From positions 416,001 through 480,000 of the forward strand of contig CBDCKN010000015.1 in NCBI GenBank assembly GCA_965218295.1: a stretch of 64,000 bases of DNA. Reading direction: 5' to 3'. The DNA is from Longimicrobiales bacterium. GTDB lineage: Bacteria; Gemmatimonadota; Gemmatimonadetes; Longimicrobiales; Gaopeijiaceae. How positions within the stretch are numbered: position 1 is the stretch's first letter; the number at the start of each line of letters is the position of its first letter. The notes below the pieces were generated by a model. The model had not been told where the DNA came from. It searched no databases and saw nothing but the letters and a program-made list of their open reading frames with translations. The translations under genes and the position numbers were made by a program. Positions 41,644 to 51,540 of the stretch are shown here, piece after piece.

Positions 41644-42927
41644 ATGCCGCTGACCGATATTGCCATTCGGAAGGCCAAGCCCCGCGACAAGCCGCGCAAA
41701 CTCTACGACAGCCGCGGCCTGTACCTCGAGATCGCCCCGCGAGGCACCAAGGCCTGGCGCTTCAAGTACCGCTTCGCCGAAAAGGAGAAGCGGATCTCGA
41801 TGGGGATCTATCCCGAGGTGTCGCTGAAGCTCGCCCGGCAGCGGAGGGACGAGGCCCGCAAGCTTCTGGCCCGGGACATCGACCCGAGCGCCTACCGCAA
41901 GGCACAGAAGCGGTCGAAGCGGCAGTGGGCCGGGAACAGCTTCGAGGCCGTGGCCGCGGAATGGCTCGCGAAGCATGCACCCAACTGGTCCACGGATCAC
42001 GCTCGGCGGCTGGACCGTAAGCTTGCGCAGAACGTCTTCCCCTACATCGGTGCGAAGCCGGTTGGGGAAGTCACGGCGCCGGAACTCCTGGCCGCGGTGC
42101 GCCGCGTCGAGGAACGCGGCCACCTGCGGATGGCGCACGGCATCCTTCAAACCTGCGGGCGGGTGCTGCGCTACGCGGTAGCGACGGGACGGGCCGAGCG
42201 GGACGTGTCGTGGGACCTGCGCGGGGCGCTGCCGCCCGCCAGGGGCAAGCACTTCGCGGCGATCACCGATCCGAAGGAGGTCGGCCCCTTGCTCCGGCTC
42301 CTGGACGGCTATTCGGGAACGCTTCCGGTACGCTGCGCCCTGCGTCTGGCGCCGCTGGTGTTCGTGCGCCCCGGAGAGCTGCGCAAGGCCGAGTGGTCCG
42401 GCATCGACCTGGAGGGAGCGGAGTGGCGCTACACGGCGACGAAGACCGGCACGCCGCACGTGGTGCCCCTGGCGCATCAGGCGGTCGCGATTCTGCGGGA
42501 GGTTCACACCCTGACCGGATACGGCCGGTACGTCTTCCCGAACGCCCGCTATCCGCACCGGGAGCGGCCGATGAGCGACACCACCCTGTGGGGGGCGTTC
42601 CGGGCGTTGGACATCCCGAAGGACCGGATGACGATGCACGGGTTCCGCGCGATGGCGCGAACGATTCTCGACGAGGTGCTCGGCTTCCGGCCCGACTTCA
42701 TCGAGCACCAGCTGGCCCACGCGGTGAGGGATCCCAACGGCCGGGCCTACAACCGGACGGCGTTCCTGCCCGAGCGCAGAGTGATGATGCAAGACTGGGC
42801 CGACTATCTGGACCGGCTTCGGGCTGGGGAGGCCGAGCCGGGAACTTGCAACACCGGGGCGTTCCCACAACCCAACGTCACCGGGATGCGGAACGCCAAC
42901 TCAAGGCTCGCCGTTCCCGGTAGCTGA
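41644..42927 (+). CDS. P4-type tyrosine integrase with arm-binding domain
   Basis: MPLTDIAIRKAKP...GLYL...WRFKYR...GIYPEVSLKLAR. Catalytic R (VRPGEL), HGFR, LAH, AYNR. Confidence 0.95.
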   Translation: MPLTDIAIRKAKPRDKPRKLYDSRGLYLEIAPRGTKAWRFKYRFAEKEKRISMGIYPEVSLKLARQRRDEARKLLARDIDPSAYRKAQKRSKRQWAGNSFEAVAAEWLAKHAPNWSTDHARRLDRKLAQNVFPYIGAKPVGEVTAPELLAAVRRVEERGHLRMAHGILQTCGRVLRYAVATGRAERDVSWDLRGALPPARGKHFAAITDPKEVGPLLRLLDGYSGTLPVRCALRLAPLVFVRPGELRKAEWSGIDLEGAEWRYTATKTGTPHVVPLAHQAVAILREVHTLTGYGRYVFPNARYPHRERPMSDTTLWGAFRALDIPKDRMTMHGFRAMARTILDEVLGFRPDFIEHQLAHAVRDPNGRAYNRTAFLPERRVMMQDWADYLDRLRAGEAEPGTCNTGAFPQPNVTGMRNANSRLAVPGS

Positions 42928-43308
42928 AGCCGCGCCCCCGAGCGCGGTCCGTGTGTGACCGTGCAGACACACCGGCTGGCCAGCCGGAGCGCTGGAGAGT
43001 GCGTGCCGGAGTCCAAGCCTTGCAGGAGTACGCGGTCGCTGCCGTAGCCGATCGCGACCGAGGCCGGGCCCGCTGATTCCAGCGGTCCTCCGGGGGCGGC
43101 TCAAGAGTCTGCTGGCGGAGCCTGGCGGGGCTCTGATACGTCGCGGGACCTCTTGGGATATCCTCCCGCTTTCCACGGTTGACAGGGCAAAAAGCGGCCT
43201 CTTCAATGTAGGGTATGGAGACTTTGACGGCGCAGTTTTCCAGGCGTCGGGCGACGAGTTTGCTCGGCGCACCGGAGGCACGGGAGCCGGTTTGTTCGGC
43301 GCACGGGA

Positions 43309-43360
43309 GGCCTGTAAGGCCCGTAAGCCAGCATACCCAATGTTAAACATTGGGGCTGGC
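43309..43360 (-). promoter_or_regulatory. ColE1-type oriT with nic-like site
   Basis: Minus strand reads GGGTATGCTGG^CTTA (43338-43324), resembling ColE1 GTGTATACTGG^CTTA. Adjacent palindrome cccaatgtt-a-aacattggg. Lies upstream of mobC. Confidence 0.7.
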
Positions 43361-43463
43361 GAGGGGGCGCTCCGCCCCCCCCTTCGATCTCCCCGGCGGC
43401 CCGCGCTCCGGCGGAGTGCGCGGACGGGGGGCGAGCCCCCCGAACCCCCCTGCCGGTGCGCTG

Positions 43464-43802
43464 ATGGCTAATCGCCGCACCGTGACCGCCGCCGCCCGCG
43501 TATCGCCGGGCGAGCTCGCCGAGTGGCGAGCCAAGGCCGCGTCCGCCGGCGTTCCGCTGTCGGCGCTGCTGCGCGAGGCCATGGCACGCACGCGGACGTG
43601 GACCGCCCCGGCGGCCGAGGTGGAGCGCGAGCGCACCCGGCAGATCGCGCGCATCGGCAGCAACCTCAACCAGATCGCCCGCTGGGCCAACACCTTCGCC
43701 TCGACAGCCGAGGCCGTCGAGGTCGTCGCCCACCTGGTCGCCATCGAGCGGGCGCTCGCGGCGCTGGCCCCCGCCGGGCGCCTCGGCCCCGATGCACATT
43801 AA
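43464..43802 (+). CDS. mobC: MobC/MbeC relaxosome accessory protein (RHH)
   Basis: LSALLRE, QIARIGSNLNQIARWAN. Overlaps the relaxase start. Confidence 0.88.
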   Translation: MANRRTVTAAARVSPGELAEWRAKAASAGVPLSALLREAMARTRTWTAPAAEVERERTRQIARIGSNLNQIARWANTFASTAEAVEVVAHLVAIERALAALAPAGRLGPDAH

Positions 43803-45270
43803 ATTCCTGGCTCACGGCACCGGCTCGGCCCGCGCGGCGGCCGACTACCTCCTCGGGGCGCGGGACGCGTCCGGGAAGCTGCGCGCGGGCATCGAGGTCC
43901 TCCGGGGGGATCCCCATCAGGTGGCCGCGGTGGCCGACGCGCTGGCGTTCGAGCACAAGTACACCTCGGGCGTGGTTGCCTGGGCGCCGGACGACACGCC
44001 GACCGACGCGCAGATCGGCGCGGTTCTGGATGCCTTCGAACAGACCGCCTGGGCGGGGCTCGAGGCCGACCGCTACGCCTGGGCGGCAGTGGTGCACCGC
44101 GAGGGCGGCGGCGGCGCTCACGTGCACATCCTCGCCGCGCGCTGCGACCTGGAGAGCGGCCGGAGCCTCAACATCACGCCGCCGGGCTGGGAGAAGACAT
44201 TCGGTCCGCTCCGCGACGCCTTCAACGCCGAACACGGCTGGAGCCGACCGGATGACCCGGCGCGGGCGCGGGCGCAGCAACCCGGGCACCGCGCCTACGT
44301 CGAGGCGGCGCAGCTGCGGGCCGGGCTCGCGCTCGAGCCCGCCCCCCGTGACCTGATCCGGGACTACCTGCTCCAGCGGGTCGAGCACGGCACGGTGCGG
44401 AACCGGGCGGATGTCGTCGCCGCCCTGCATGAGGCGGGCATGGAGGTGCCGCGCCAAGGCAAGAACTACCTCACGGCGCTGGACCCCGAGACCGGGGACC
44501 GGTGGCGTCTGAAAGGAGAGCTATACGCAGATGACTTCCAACGTGAACGACTTGACCGAGCGGTTGCGGGGCCGACTGGAGATCGAACGCCGGGCGGTCG
44601 AGGAATTGACCGCGAGCGAGCTGCGGAAGCTCGGCGCGAACTCGCAGCGCGTTGCGAGCAACGCGCTGCGTACCATCGAGCGCGATACGGCGGCGGCGAC
44701 CGGGCGGATGCGCGCACTGCTGCTCAAGGCGTGGCTCCGGCCCCTGGTGGTCGGCCTGAGCCTCTGGCTCGGCATCTGCGCCGGGAGCTGGGCGACGATG
44801 CACTGGCTGTCGACGCGCATCCAGGCCCGGATCCAGACGGCCGCCGCCCTCGACGTGGACATCGAGGAGGCCCGCCAGACGCTGGCGCGGCTCGAGGAGA
44901 CCACCTGGGGGATCGCGCTCCGGGAGATCGAGGGGGAGCGATTCGTGGTGCTGCCGACCGGCGCGCTGGCCTATCCGCCCTGGACCGTGGACACTCGGCC
45001 GGCCGTGAAGCTGTCGAGCGAGTGAGGGAGATCTATGACCGCGTTAGAACAGCAGTTGACGAAGGCTTTGTGGGCGTTGTCCGCTCAGTACGAGCAGGCG
45101 CAGCAGCAGCACGCCGCGCAGGCCGAGACCTTGCGGCGGCAGGTCGCACAGCTCGACGCGCAAGTGACGCGCTTGGCCCGGGACTACACGACGCTCGCCG
45201 AGACGTTGCGCGGGCGCTGGACCTGATGCGCCAGCGGGTGCGAGAGCGCGATCACGGTCCGAGCCGCTGA
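43792..45270 (+). CDS. mobA: MOB_P relaxase, ColE1/MbeA-like
   Basis: MHIKFLAHGTGS..AADYLLG (catalytic Y), KYTSGVV, H-x7-HVH, SLNITPPGW, GWSRPDDP, C-terminal RERDHGPSR. Confidence 0.88.
   Translation: MHIKFLAHGTGSARAAADYLLGARDASGKLRAGIEVLRGDPHQVAAVADALAFEHKYTSGVVAWAPDDTPTDAQIGAVLDAFEQTAWAGLEADRYAWAAVVHREGGGGAHVHILAARCDLESGRSLNITPPGWEKTFGPLRDAFNAEHGWSRPDDPARARAQQPGHRAYVEAAQLRAGLALEPAPRDLIRDYLLQRVEHGTVRNRADVVAALHEAGMEVPRQGKNYLTALDPETGDRWRLKGELYADDFQRERLDRAVAGPTGDRTPGGRGIDRERAAEARRELAARCEQRAAYHRARYGGGDRADARTAAQGVAPAPGGRPEPLARHLRRELGDDALAVDAHPGPDPDGRRPRRGHRGGPPDAGAARGDHLGDRAPGDRGGAIRGAADRRAGLSALDRGHSAGREAVERVREIYDRVRTAVDEGFVGVVRSVRAGAAAARRAGRDLAAAGRTARRASDALGPGLHDARRDVARALDLMRQRVRERDHGPSR
44531..45025 (+). 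CDS. MbeB/MobB-like protein nested in another frame of the relaxase gene
   Basis: AAAGGAG RBS, coiled coil plus one TM helix, C-terminal RFVVLP. Same position as ColE1 mbeB. Confidence 0.75.
   Translation: MTSNVNDLTERLRGRLEIERRAVEELTASELRKLGANSQRVASNALRTIERDTAAATGRMRALLLKAWLRPLVVGLSLWLGICAGSWATMHWLSTRIQARIQTAAALDVDIEEARQTLARLEETTWGIALREIEGERFVVLPTGALAYPPWTVDTRPAVKLSSE
45035..45226 (+). CDS. MbeD/MobD-like protein nested in the relaxase gene
   Basis: MTALEQQLTKALWALSAQYEQ resembles the MbeD N-terminus; GGGAG RBS. Confidence 0.75.
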   Translation: MTALEQQLTKALWALSAQYEQAQQQHAAQAETLRRQVAQLDAQVTRLARDYTTLAETLRGRWT

Positions 45271-45279
45271 TGGTTGGCC

Positions 45280-45450
45280 AGATACGCCCACAGCACGTCG
45301 CCGATAACGGTGGACATTCCCAGGAACGGCCGGCCGCGCGTGACGGCGGTGACCGCCGCCCCGATCAGCGTGCTCTTGCCGGCCTTCTCCCTCGCGTGCA
45401 ACAGTGTGACCCGCCCGGCGTGGGCGATCAGCCGGACGACATCGCCCCTG
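45280..45450 (-). pseudogene. Fragment of an AAA_25/RepA-type helicase
   Basis: LIAHAGRVTLLHAREKAGKSTLIGAAVTAVTRGRPFLG...GDVLW (Walker A) with no start codon and no downstream domain. Confidence 0.55.
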
Positions 45451-45470
45451 CCGTGGCGTAGAGCGGGAAC

Positions 45471-45498
45471 TTGCAGAATATGGTGGAATAACTATAAT
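45471..45498 (+). promoter_or_regulatory. Sigma70-like promoter for the TA operon
   Basis: TTGCAG-N16-TATAAT in an AT-rich patch just upstream of the toxin gene. Confidence 0.5.
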
Positions 45499-45520
45499 TT
45501 GACATGGGCGGTTCACAGCG

Positions 45521-45871
45521 GTGCTGAAGCCTGTTGAATGGGTCGGCTCAAGCAAGAGAGCCCTGAAGAAATTTCCAGCCACCGTGCAGGACCAGGTCGG
45601 CTTTGCGCTGTATCAGGCCCAGGCCGGACTCACACACCGCGATGCCAAACCGCTCAAGGGAGTTGGCGCCCATGTTCTAGAGGTCGTCTCACGTCACGAC
45701 GGCGACACCTACCGGGCGGTGTACACGGTCCGGTTCAAAGCTGCCGTTTATATCCTGCACGCCTTCCAGAAGAAGGCCAAACGGGGCAGCGCGACACCGA
45801 AACCGGAGATCGATCTGGTCAAGCGCAGGCTACGGGCAGCGGAGCAGCACTACACGGACACCTATGGCTGA
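45521..45871 (+). CDS. Type II TA toxin, RelE/ParE superfamily (Gp49/HigB-like)
   Basis: KPVEWVGSS, AKPLKG, YRAVY, YILHAFQKK, TPKPEIDLVKRRL. Confidence 0.9.
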   Translation: MLKPVEWVGSSKRALKKFPATVQDQVGFALYQAQAGLTHRDAKPLKGVGAHVLEVVSRHDGDTYRAVYTVRFKAAVYILHAFQKKAKRGSATPKPEIDLVKRRLRAAEQHYTDTYG

Positions 45872-45882
45872 GAGGTAGATCA

Positions 45883-46209
45883 ATGAAGACGAAAGCCATG
45901 ACGATCGAACGTGGCAGCGGAAATGTGTTCGCGGACCTGGAGCGTCCTGACGCCGAGGCTCACCGATTAAAGGCAGCACTCGTCACCCGCATCGACACGA
46001 TTGTTCGCCAGCGTGGACTCAAGCAGGTCGAGGCGGCGAAGTTGCTTGGACTGTCCCAACCTGACGTATCGCGCCTCCTGCGGGGAAACTTTCGGGAGTA
46101 TTCCGTCGAGCGCCTCCTGCGCCTGTTGACCGCACTCGGGCGTGACGTAGAGATCGTCATTCGAGAGCCCCGCTCACAGCGACAGGGCAGGCTCAGTGTC
46201 GAAGCCTAA
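45883..46209 (+). CDS. Type II TA antitoxin, XRE-type HTH (HigA-like)
   Basis: GSGNVFADL, LKQVEAAKLLGLSQPDVSRLL, LGRDVEIVI. Toxin-first gene order. Confidence 0.9.
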   Translation: MKTKAMTIERGSGNVFADLERPDAEAHRLKAALVTRIDTIVRQRGLKQVEAAKLLGLSQPDVSRLLRGNFREYSVERLLRLLTALGRDVEIVIREPRSQRQGRLSVEA

Positions 46210-46289
46210 ACGATCCGGTCATGCCCATTCGGGGGCCGATATGGCGGTGGGCTGCCGAATACAATAGCCCATCAATGTGGAGCCCCGGG

Positions 46290-46650
46290 GCGGTTCAGGA
46301 ACCCCCCGACTTGCTCGGGTTCGGTCGGCAGCCAGGGCAAGTGGGGATGCTCGAGCACGTAGTCCAGCGAGAAAGGCGGCGGCGGCGCGTGAGCACTTCC
46401 CTCAAGGCGATCCGCCGGCGACGGATGTCCCCGGTGCCAAGCGCCCAGTAGATCTCGCACCCGTGGATCCGGCAGATGCCGGCGATGCCGGGCACCCTCT
46501 CTTCGGCGGCCATGCCTTGCGCGATGAGGGCATGGACGGCGCGGCGCACCGTCTCGGTGTGGCAACCCAGAAACCTCTTCCACTGCGTCCGGGTGAAGAC
46601 GCCGCTGTGGAGACAGGCCAGGGGGCGCTCCACCCCTCCACCCATGAACG
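46290..46650 (-). pseudogene. Frameshifted fragment of a mobile-element hypothetical gene
   Basis: CLHSGVFTRTQW...IYWALG..DIRRRR continues in another frame as SLDYVLEHPHLPWLPTEPEQV. Confidence 0.45.
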
Positions 46651-46767
46651 CCTCGCCGAGGAGCTACGGCTGGTAGGACTAGGCCATCTGGAGTAGACTG
46701 GAGGGGCTTACGAGAGCCTATTCTTCGAGCGATGTAATGTCTTGCTGCGCGAGCTGAGACCAGCACC

Positions 46768-49700
46768 ATGATCCATCTTACGGCCCGCGTTGCGTGGCAC
46801 GACTCCCGTTGGGACGGCACCGTGTGCCGATCCCCTTCCTGTAATTCATTCTGTACGGCGCTTGATCGGATCCGTGACGAACGGGACGACGCGATGGAGG
46901 ACGCGCTCGCTGGCAGGCCGTGGAGTACACTCCGCCCGGAACAGCACCCACCCTGCCGCGCCGAATCCGGGGCGTTCATGAACCGAGCTGAATGGACCCG
47001 ACGCTTCCAGCATCCCTATGCGGGCATCGCCAAATCAGCTGAAACCCACGGACACCTCGAGCCTACCTCGGTCAGAGTTCCTGAGTTTGCAACGTTTGCC
47101 GTCCCGTTCGCATGGATGTTGCGGAGCGAGCAAGATGCGATCGACGAGCGGCTGCCTACCCCGTTGCCTCCTGACGAGCCATCGCCGTTCAATAGTCCGT
47201 GGGTATTCGGCCGAGCACGACAGGAAGCTCTTCTCGATCTTTTTTCAAGTCGCCTCACCGCAGGAGAATCTCTCGTCTTCTTCTACTGCAAGGAGGGCCA
47301 GCCTCTCGGCGACACAGTTCCTCGGCTGGTAGTTGGAATCGGTCGTATCACCAATGTGGATCGCCCGAAGGCGTATGACGTCGCCGACAAGAGGAAGCCC
47401 ACGTACCTCATGTGGGATCTCCTCATTCGCCACTCGATCCGCCCCCAGGGGCACGATGGTTTTCTCTTGCCGTATCACAAGTACATCGAGCCGACTGGCG
47501 ATCCGGTCGAGGATGAGCGCCGGCTAGATCTACTTCGTAAGATTGCAGTACCCGTGGATCCGACCAACATGCGAATATTCTCGTACGCGGCCGAGCATGT
47601 TTCCTCGGACGTCGCGTTGTCTACGCTCGTCCGTTGCCTCGAGTCGGTTCGCGAGATCAGGAAACACGGCATTGCCGAAGGTCCGTGGGAGCTTCGCGAG
47701 GAGTGGCTGAACGACCAGATCGCGATGGCTTGGCAAGACCGCGGCGCGTTTCCTGGTCTCGGCGCGACTCTCGAAGCGATCGGCATGAGGCTCGGAACGG
47801 CGCTTTCCTTGGAGCTGCTCTCGTCGGGTGCTGTGGCGCCTGACGGCGATCCGTGGCCCACCGTCGACGCCATGATTCGGGGTGCCCGCAACGCCCCCCA
47901 AGCTGCCTACGATGGTGACTTGCAGGCCATTCGCGATACTTGGACCAACCTGCCCGAAGAGCGACGTGCGTTGCTGAAGCTCCTGTCACGCTTTGCCCTC
48001 ACTGCTCCGCAGGCCCGGCGATGGTTCGATCAGTCCGAGCGGACGAGGGGAACTGCCGAGAAGGTCTCCGACGAAGAAATCCTTGCAAACGCGTACCGGA
48101 TGAGCGAGGTCGACTTGGGTGATTGGCGTGATTCACCGGTGTCAGTCGGTGTAGTCGATCGGGGTCTTCTCCCCGACAGCGCAATCGCAGCTAAGCATCC
48201 AGTGCCAGCACCGTCATCCGTAGAATCGCCCGGCGATGCGAGACGTGTCAGGGCGACGATAGTAGCTGTCCTGCGCGATGCATCCGCAGATGGTGACTCC
48301 CTTCTCAGCACGTCCGAGGCACTCCAGCGGGTCGCCAACTTAGATCTCGCCCGTCCCTGCGTCATCGGAAGTGATTGGCCGGCCACGCACCAGTGCAGCT
48401 TGGACGGTGTCGTCGATCTGATGAACGTTCCGAGCGGCGAGTCACAATCCCAACCGATCAGCACACTACAACTGACGGAACTGAAGGATCGGGAAAAAAG
48501 ACTCCGGTCAATTCTGTCGAAACGCGCCAGAAAACCATGTGCCCCCATCAATCTTGACTGGAAGCAGCTCCTTGAAGATGCAATCACCAGTGCCGGCGGC
48601 AAATACGAACCTGGAAGCGACCGACACAATAGGGCCATCGAGGAGCAGGCAGTTGCCTTAGATCGACTGTTGTCACGCCGCCTGAGCGTTCTCGTCGGAC
48701 GGGCTGGGACCGGCAAGACTTCTGTCATGGGCGCGCTGACGCTCTGTCACCCGCTTGCCAAGGACGGGATTCTCTTACTGGCGCCGACCGGGAAAGCGCG
48801 TGTTCAACTCGGCAGGGCCACGATGGCCGAAGCGATGACGATCGCTCAGTTCCTCAACCATTTGGGCCGCTACGACGGGGCACGCCAAAGACCACGGTTC
48901 ACCGGCACATCGAGATACCGGAAAGAGAAAACTGTCGTCATCGACGAGTGCTCCATGCTGACGATGGATGACCTCGCAGCAGTATTCGAAGCGCTCGACC
49001 TTGCCCACGTTCAGCGAGTGATCCTCGTCGGCGATCCGAATCAGCTACCCCCAATCGGCGTCGGGCGACCTTTTGCCGATCTTGTCTCGCATCTAGAACG
49101 GACTTCGGAAGAGGCCGACGACGGGACACCGCTGCTCGACGCCCTCGCCCGGCTTACCGTAGAGGTTCGAACGGTAACGGAGACCGACGACGCATCGGAC
49201 ACACTTCGCTTGGCCTCATGGTTCACTCGAGAGCCTCAACCGATAGATTCGGATCGCGTCCTCAGCGATCTTGAACTAGGCTCGAGTTTCAACGACCTCG
49301 AGCTGACGTTCTGGAAGACTCCCGACGAACTTCGTTCACGACTACTCGAAGCGTTCCAGTGCCATCTTGGACTTCGCGACATTGACGACATCGACGGTTT
49401 CAACTCGGCGCTCGGGCTGGACGATCGAGGGTGGGTCCCTTTTGATGCCCCCGAAGGTTCGGCAAAGTGGCAGATTCTCTCACCCGTGAGGAGACATCCG
49501 CATGGCGTGCACGACCTCAACCGCTGGATCCAGAAACATTTCCGCGCCATAGAGCTCACTGCGGCGGCAAACCCCTGGGGGATGAGCCTTGGCGACGAGC
49601 ATATCGTCGTCAAGGATAAGGTCATCCAAACGTCCAACCAGCGGCGAAGTGCCTACGACGGAAAAACGAAGACATCCGACAAACACTATGTGGCCAACGG

Positions 49701-50463
49701 TGAGGTCGGCCTCGTTGCGACAAGAAAGAATGCGTGGCTCAACGTGGTCTTCGCGGAACGTCCCGGGCTGCGGTTCGGGTATCGGGGGAGCGACTTCCCG
49801 GACGGATCAAGCCCGCTCGAACTCGCGTACGCGCTGACGGTCCACAAGGCACAAGGCAGCGAATTCGGCAAAGTCTTCGTCGTCTTGCCCAAGAATTGCA
49901 GGCTGACCCGCGAGCTTCTCTACACGGCGCTGACCCGATCACGTGAGCAACTCGTGCTGCTGATCGAGGGCGATGACGCCGCGACACTCTTCGATCTGTC
50001 GCGACCGGAACAATCTGAGACTGCACGACGGAACACCAACCTTTTCGAGGGAGCCGTGCGGCTGGCAGAAGATGCGATCCCATACGCGGAGCATCTGATC
50101 CACCGAACCGAGAAGGGGCATCTCGTACGCAGCAAATCCGAGCTGGTCATTGCAAACATTCTCCACGGGCTGGAGATCGACTACGAGTATGAGCGAGTTT
50201 GCGAAGGCATGATCGAACCGGGACGCTTACGCCCCGATTTCTCTTTTACGATGCCGGATGGTGACCTGATCATCTGGGAACATCTTGGCATGCTTGATCG
50301 CCCGGACTACAAGCGTGGATGGGATTGGAAGCGCCATTGGTACGAACGCAATGGCTTCGTCGAAGGCAAGACCTTGTTCACGTCGACGGAAGGTGGCGGA
50401 CAAGGCTTAGATTCAACAGAACTGCGAGCCACTGCTCTCGCAGTCAAGGGGAGGCTCGAATAG
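46768..50463 (+). CDS. Large RecD2-like SF1B helicase with uncharacterised N-terminal region and C-terminal PD-(D/E)xK-like nuclease domain
   Basis: Helicase motifs GRAGTGKT, IDECSM, GDPNQLPPIG, TVHKAQGSEF, LYTALTRS. C-terminal VRSKSE..IANIL...YEYE...PDF...WEHLGM. Confidence 0.85.
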   Translation: MIHLTARVAWHDSRWDGTVCRSPSCNSFCTALDRIRDERDDAMEDALAGRPWSTLRPEQHPPCRAESGAFMNRAEWTRRFQHPYAGIAKSAETHGHLEPTSVRVPEFATFAVPFAWMLRSEQDAIDERLPTPLPPDEPSPFNSPWVFGRARQEALLDLFSSRLTAGESLVFFYCKEGQPLGDTVPRLVVGIGRITNVDRPKAYDVADKRKPTYLMWDLLIRHSIRPQGHDGFLLPYHKYIEPTGDPVEDERRLDLLRKIAVPVDPTNMRIFSYAAEHVSSDVALSTLVRCLESVREIRKHGIAEGPWELREEWLNDQIAMAWQDRGAFPGLGATLEAIGMRLGTALSLELLSSGAVAPDGDPWPTVDAMIRGARNAPQAAYDGDLQAIRDTWTNLPEERRALLKLLSRFALTAPQARRWFDQSERTRGTAEKVSDEEILANAYRMSEVDLGDWRDSPVSVGVVDRGLLPDSAIAAKHPVPAPSSVESPGDARRVRATIVAVLRDASADGDSLLSTSEALQRVANLDLARPCVIGSDWPATHQCSLDGVVDLMNVPSGESQSQPISTLQLTELKDREKRLRSILSKRARKPCAPINLDWKQLLEDAITSAGGKYEPGSDRHNRAIEEQAVALDRLLSRRLSVLVGRAGTGKTSVMGALTLCHPLAKDGILLLAPTGKARVQLGRATMAEAMTIAQFLNHLGRYDGARQRPRFTGTSRYRKEKTVVIDECSMLTMDDLAAVFEALDLAHVQRVILVGDPNQLPPIGVGRPFADLVSHLERTSEEADDGTPLLDALARLTVEVRTVTETDDASDTLRLASWFTREPQPIDSDRVLSDLELGSSFNDLELTFWKTPDELRSRLLEAFQCHLGLRDIDDIDGFNSALGLDDRGWVPFDAPEGSAKWQILSPVRRHPHGVHDLNRWIQKHFRAIELTAAANPWGMSLGDEHIVVKDKVIQTSNQRRSAYDGKTKTSDKHYVANGEVGLVATRKNAWLNVVFAERPGLRFGYRGSDFPDGSSPLELAYALTVHKAQGSEFGKVFVVLPKNCRLTRELLYTALTRSREQLVLLIEGDDAATLFDLSRPEQSETARRNTNLFEGAVRLAEDAIPYAEHLIHRTEKGHLVRSKSELVIANILHGLEIDYEYERVCEGMIEPGRLRPDFSFTMPDGDLIIWEHLGMLDRPDYKRGWDWKRHWYERNGFVEGKTLFTSTEGGGQGLDSTELRATALAVKGRLE

Positions 50464-50625
50464 GTTGAATCCGAACTGCGGCAAGAGAATCGAGCGAAAC
50501 GTGAGCTAGAGCACGGGAGTGTTCCGCCATGGTAGACGGAGGAGCCGCCTGCCGCCTCCCAACCGCGGCGCGTACTGCGTCCTAACCGATGAGCCACCGG
50601 AGCGGACACGCAGTTGAGGGTGCCA

Positions 50626-50840
50626 CGCGCTGTCGAGAGCGCTTGGCGTGCCGGTCAACCGGGTGACGTTGATTCTCAACGGCCAGCGGGGCGTGAGCGC
50701 CGATACGGCGTTGCGGCTGGCCAGTTATTTCGGAACGACTCCGCAACTCTGGTTGAATCTGCAGACTTGGGAGCTTCGCCGAACCGAGATCGAGACGGGT
50801 CGCGAGATCGCCGAGCAAGTCACGCCCCGGCATCAGTGGT
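50626..50840 (+). pseudogene. HigA/VapI-family antitoxin remnant (5'-truncated, no toxin)
   Basis: ALSRALGVPVNRVTLILNGQRGVSADTALRLASYFGTTPQLWLNLQ. Confidence 0.75.
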
Positions 50841-51540
50841 GTAGAGGAGGCGTGACCAATCCCCGTCCCCGCTGATGGCACCGGACGGGCCGAGACGATG
50901 GCCCCGCTAGGCCGGATCGTTATGGACGCTGATGGCGGTCGCTGGATGCGGGTACGATTATGGGGCACCTTTGGGGGCACAATACAGATATCCCGAGCCG
51001 ATGATATAATGACTACAACGACTTACGGCCTCGTTAGATAGGCCGGGAGCGACCCGCCGGGGAGGGTGGCAGGTGCGTGCACATGTCCACCCTCCCCGAT
51101 GCCGTACCAGGCATCGAAAGAGGGGGGTCGCTCCGGTCACGGCCGCAAGCGCCGGAGCGGCATCGCCGCTCCGGCGACCGTGGTGCAACCGCAAAGCAGC
51201 CAGCGACATACGGAACCGCTGGCGCGCACATCGCAACGGTGGTTCCGTGCACATGCACCTCGATGTCGATGTGCACGCGCGGTACGCCACGGACCCCCGG
51301 TGATCGGCGGTCAAGATCGGCCCCCCGAGCCCCTCTCGACACGTCTGCAAAACAACCTTCCCATCATAGCGCCGGACTCGTGAATCGGGAAGCGCCAGCG
51401 CGGCGGGTCATCGGCTCGGAGCGGCCTGAACGCCGGAAGGCCCGGCGCACGCGGAATCGCCCGTCTGGCGAAGATGCCTTTTCAGCGCGAAGTTTCAGGC
51501 GCGCAGATCGTGCAGTCCATCATCGAGGAGGAATCGAATG

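Larger units (their letters stand above)
41464..51051. mobile_element. Integrative mobilisable element (~9.6 kb)
   Basis: Contains integrase, oriT and mob genes. Arm-type repeats tggggcaatattcaggggca (41592-41612) and tggggcacctttgggggca (50961-50979). 8-bp direct repeat CGGGAGCG at 41464 and 51044; exact boundaries are tentative. Confidence 0.65.

Noticed and set aside
41590..42870. 426-aa minus-strand ORF
   Set aside because: Antisense shadow of the integrase.
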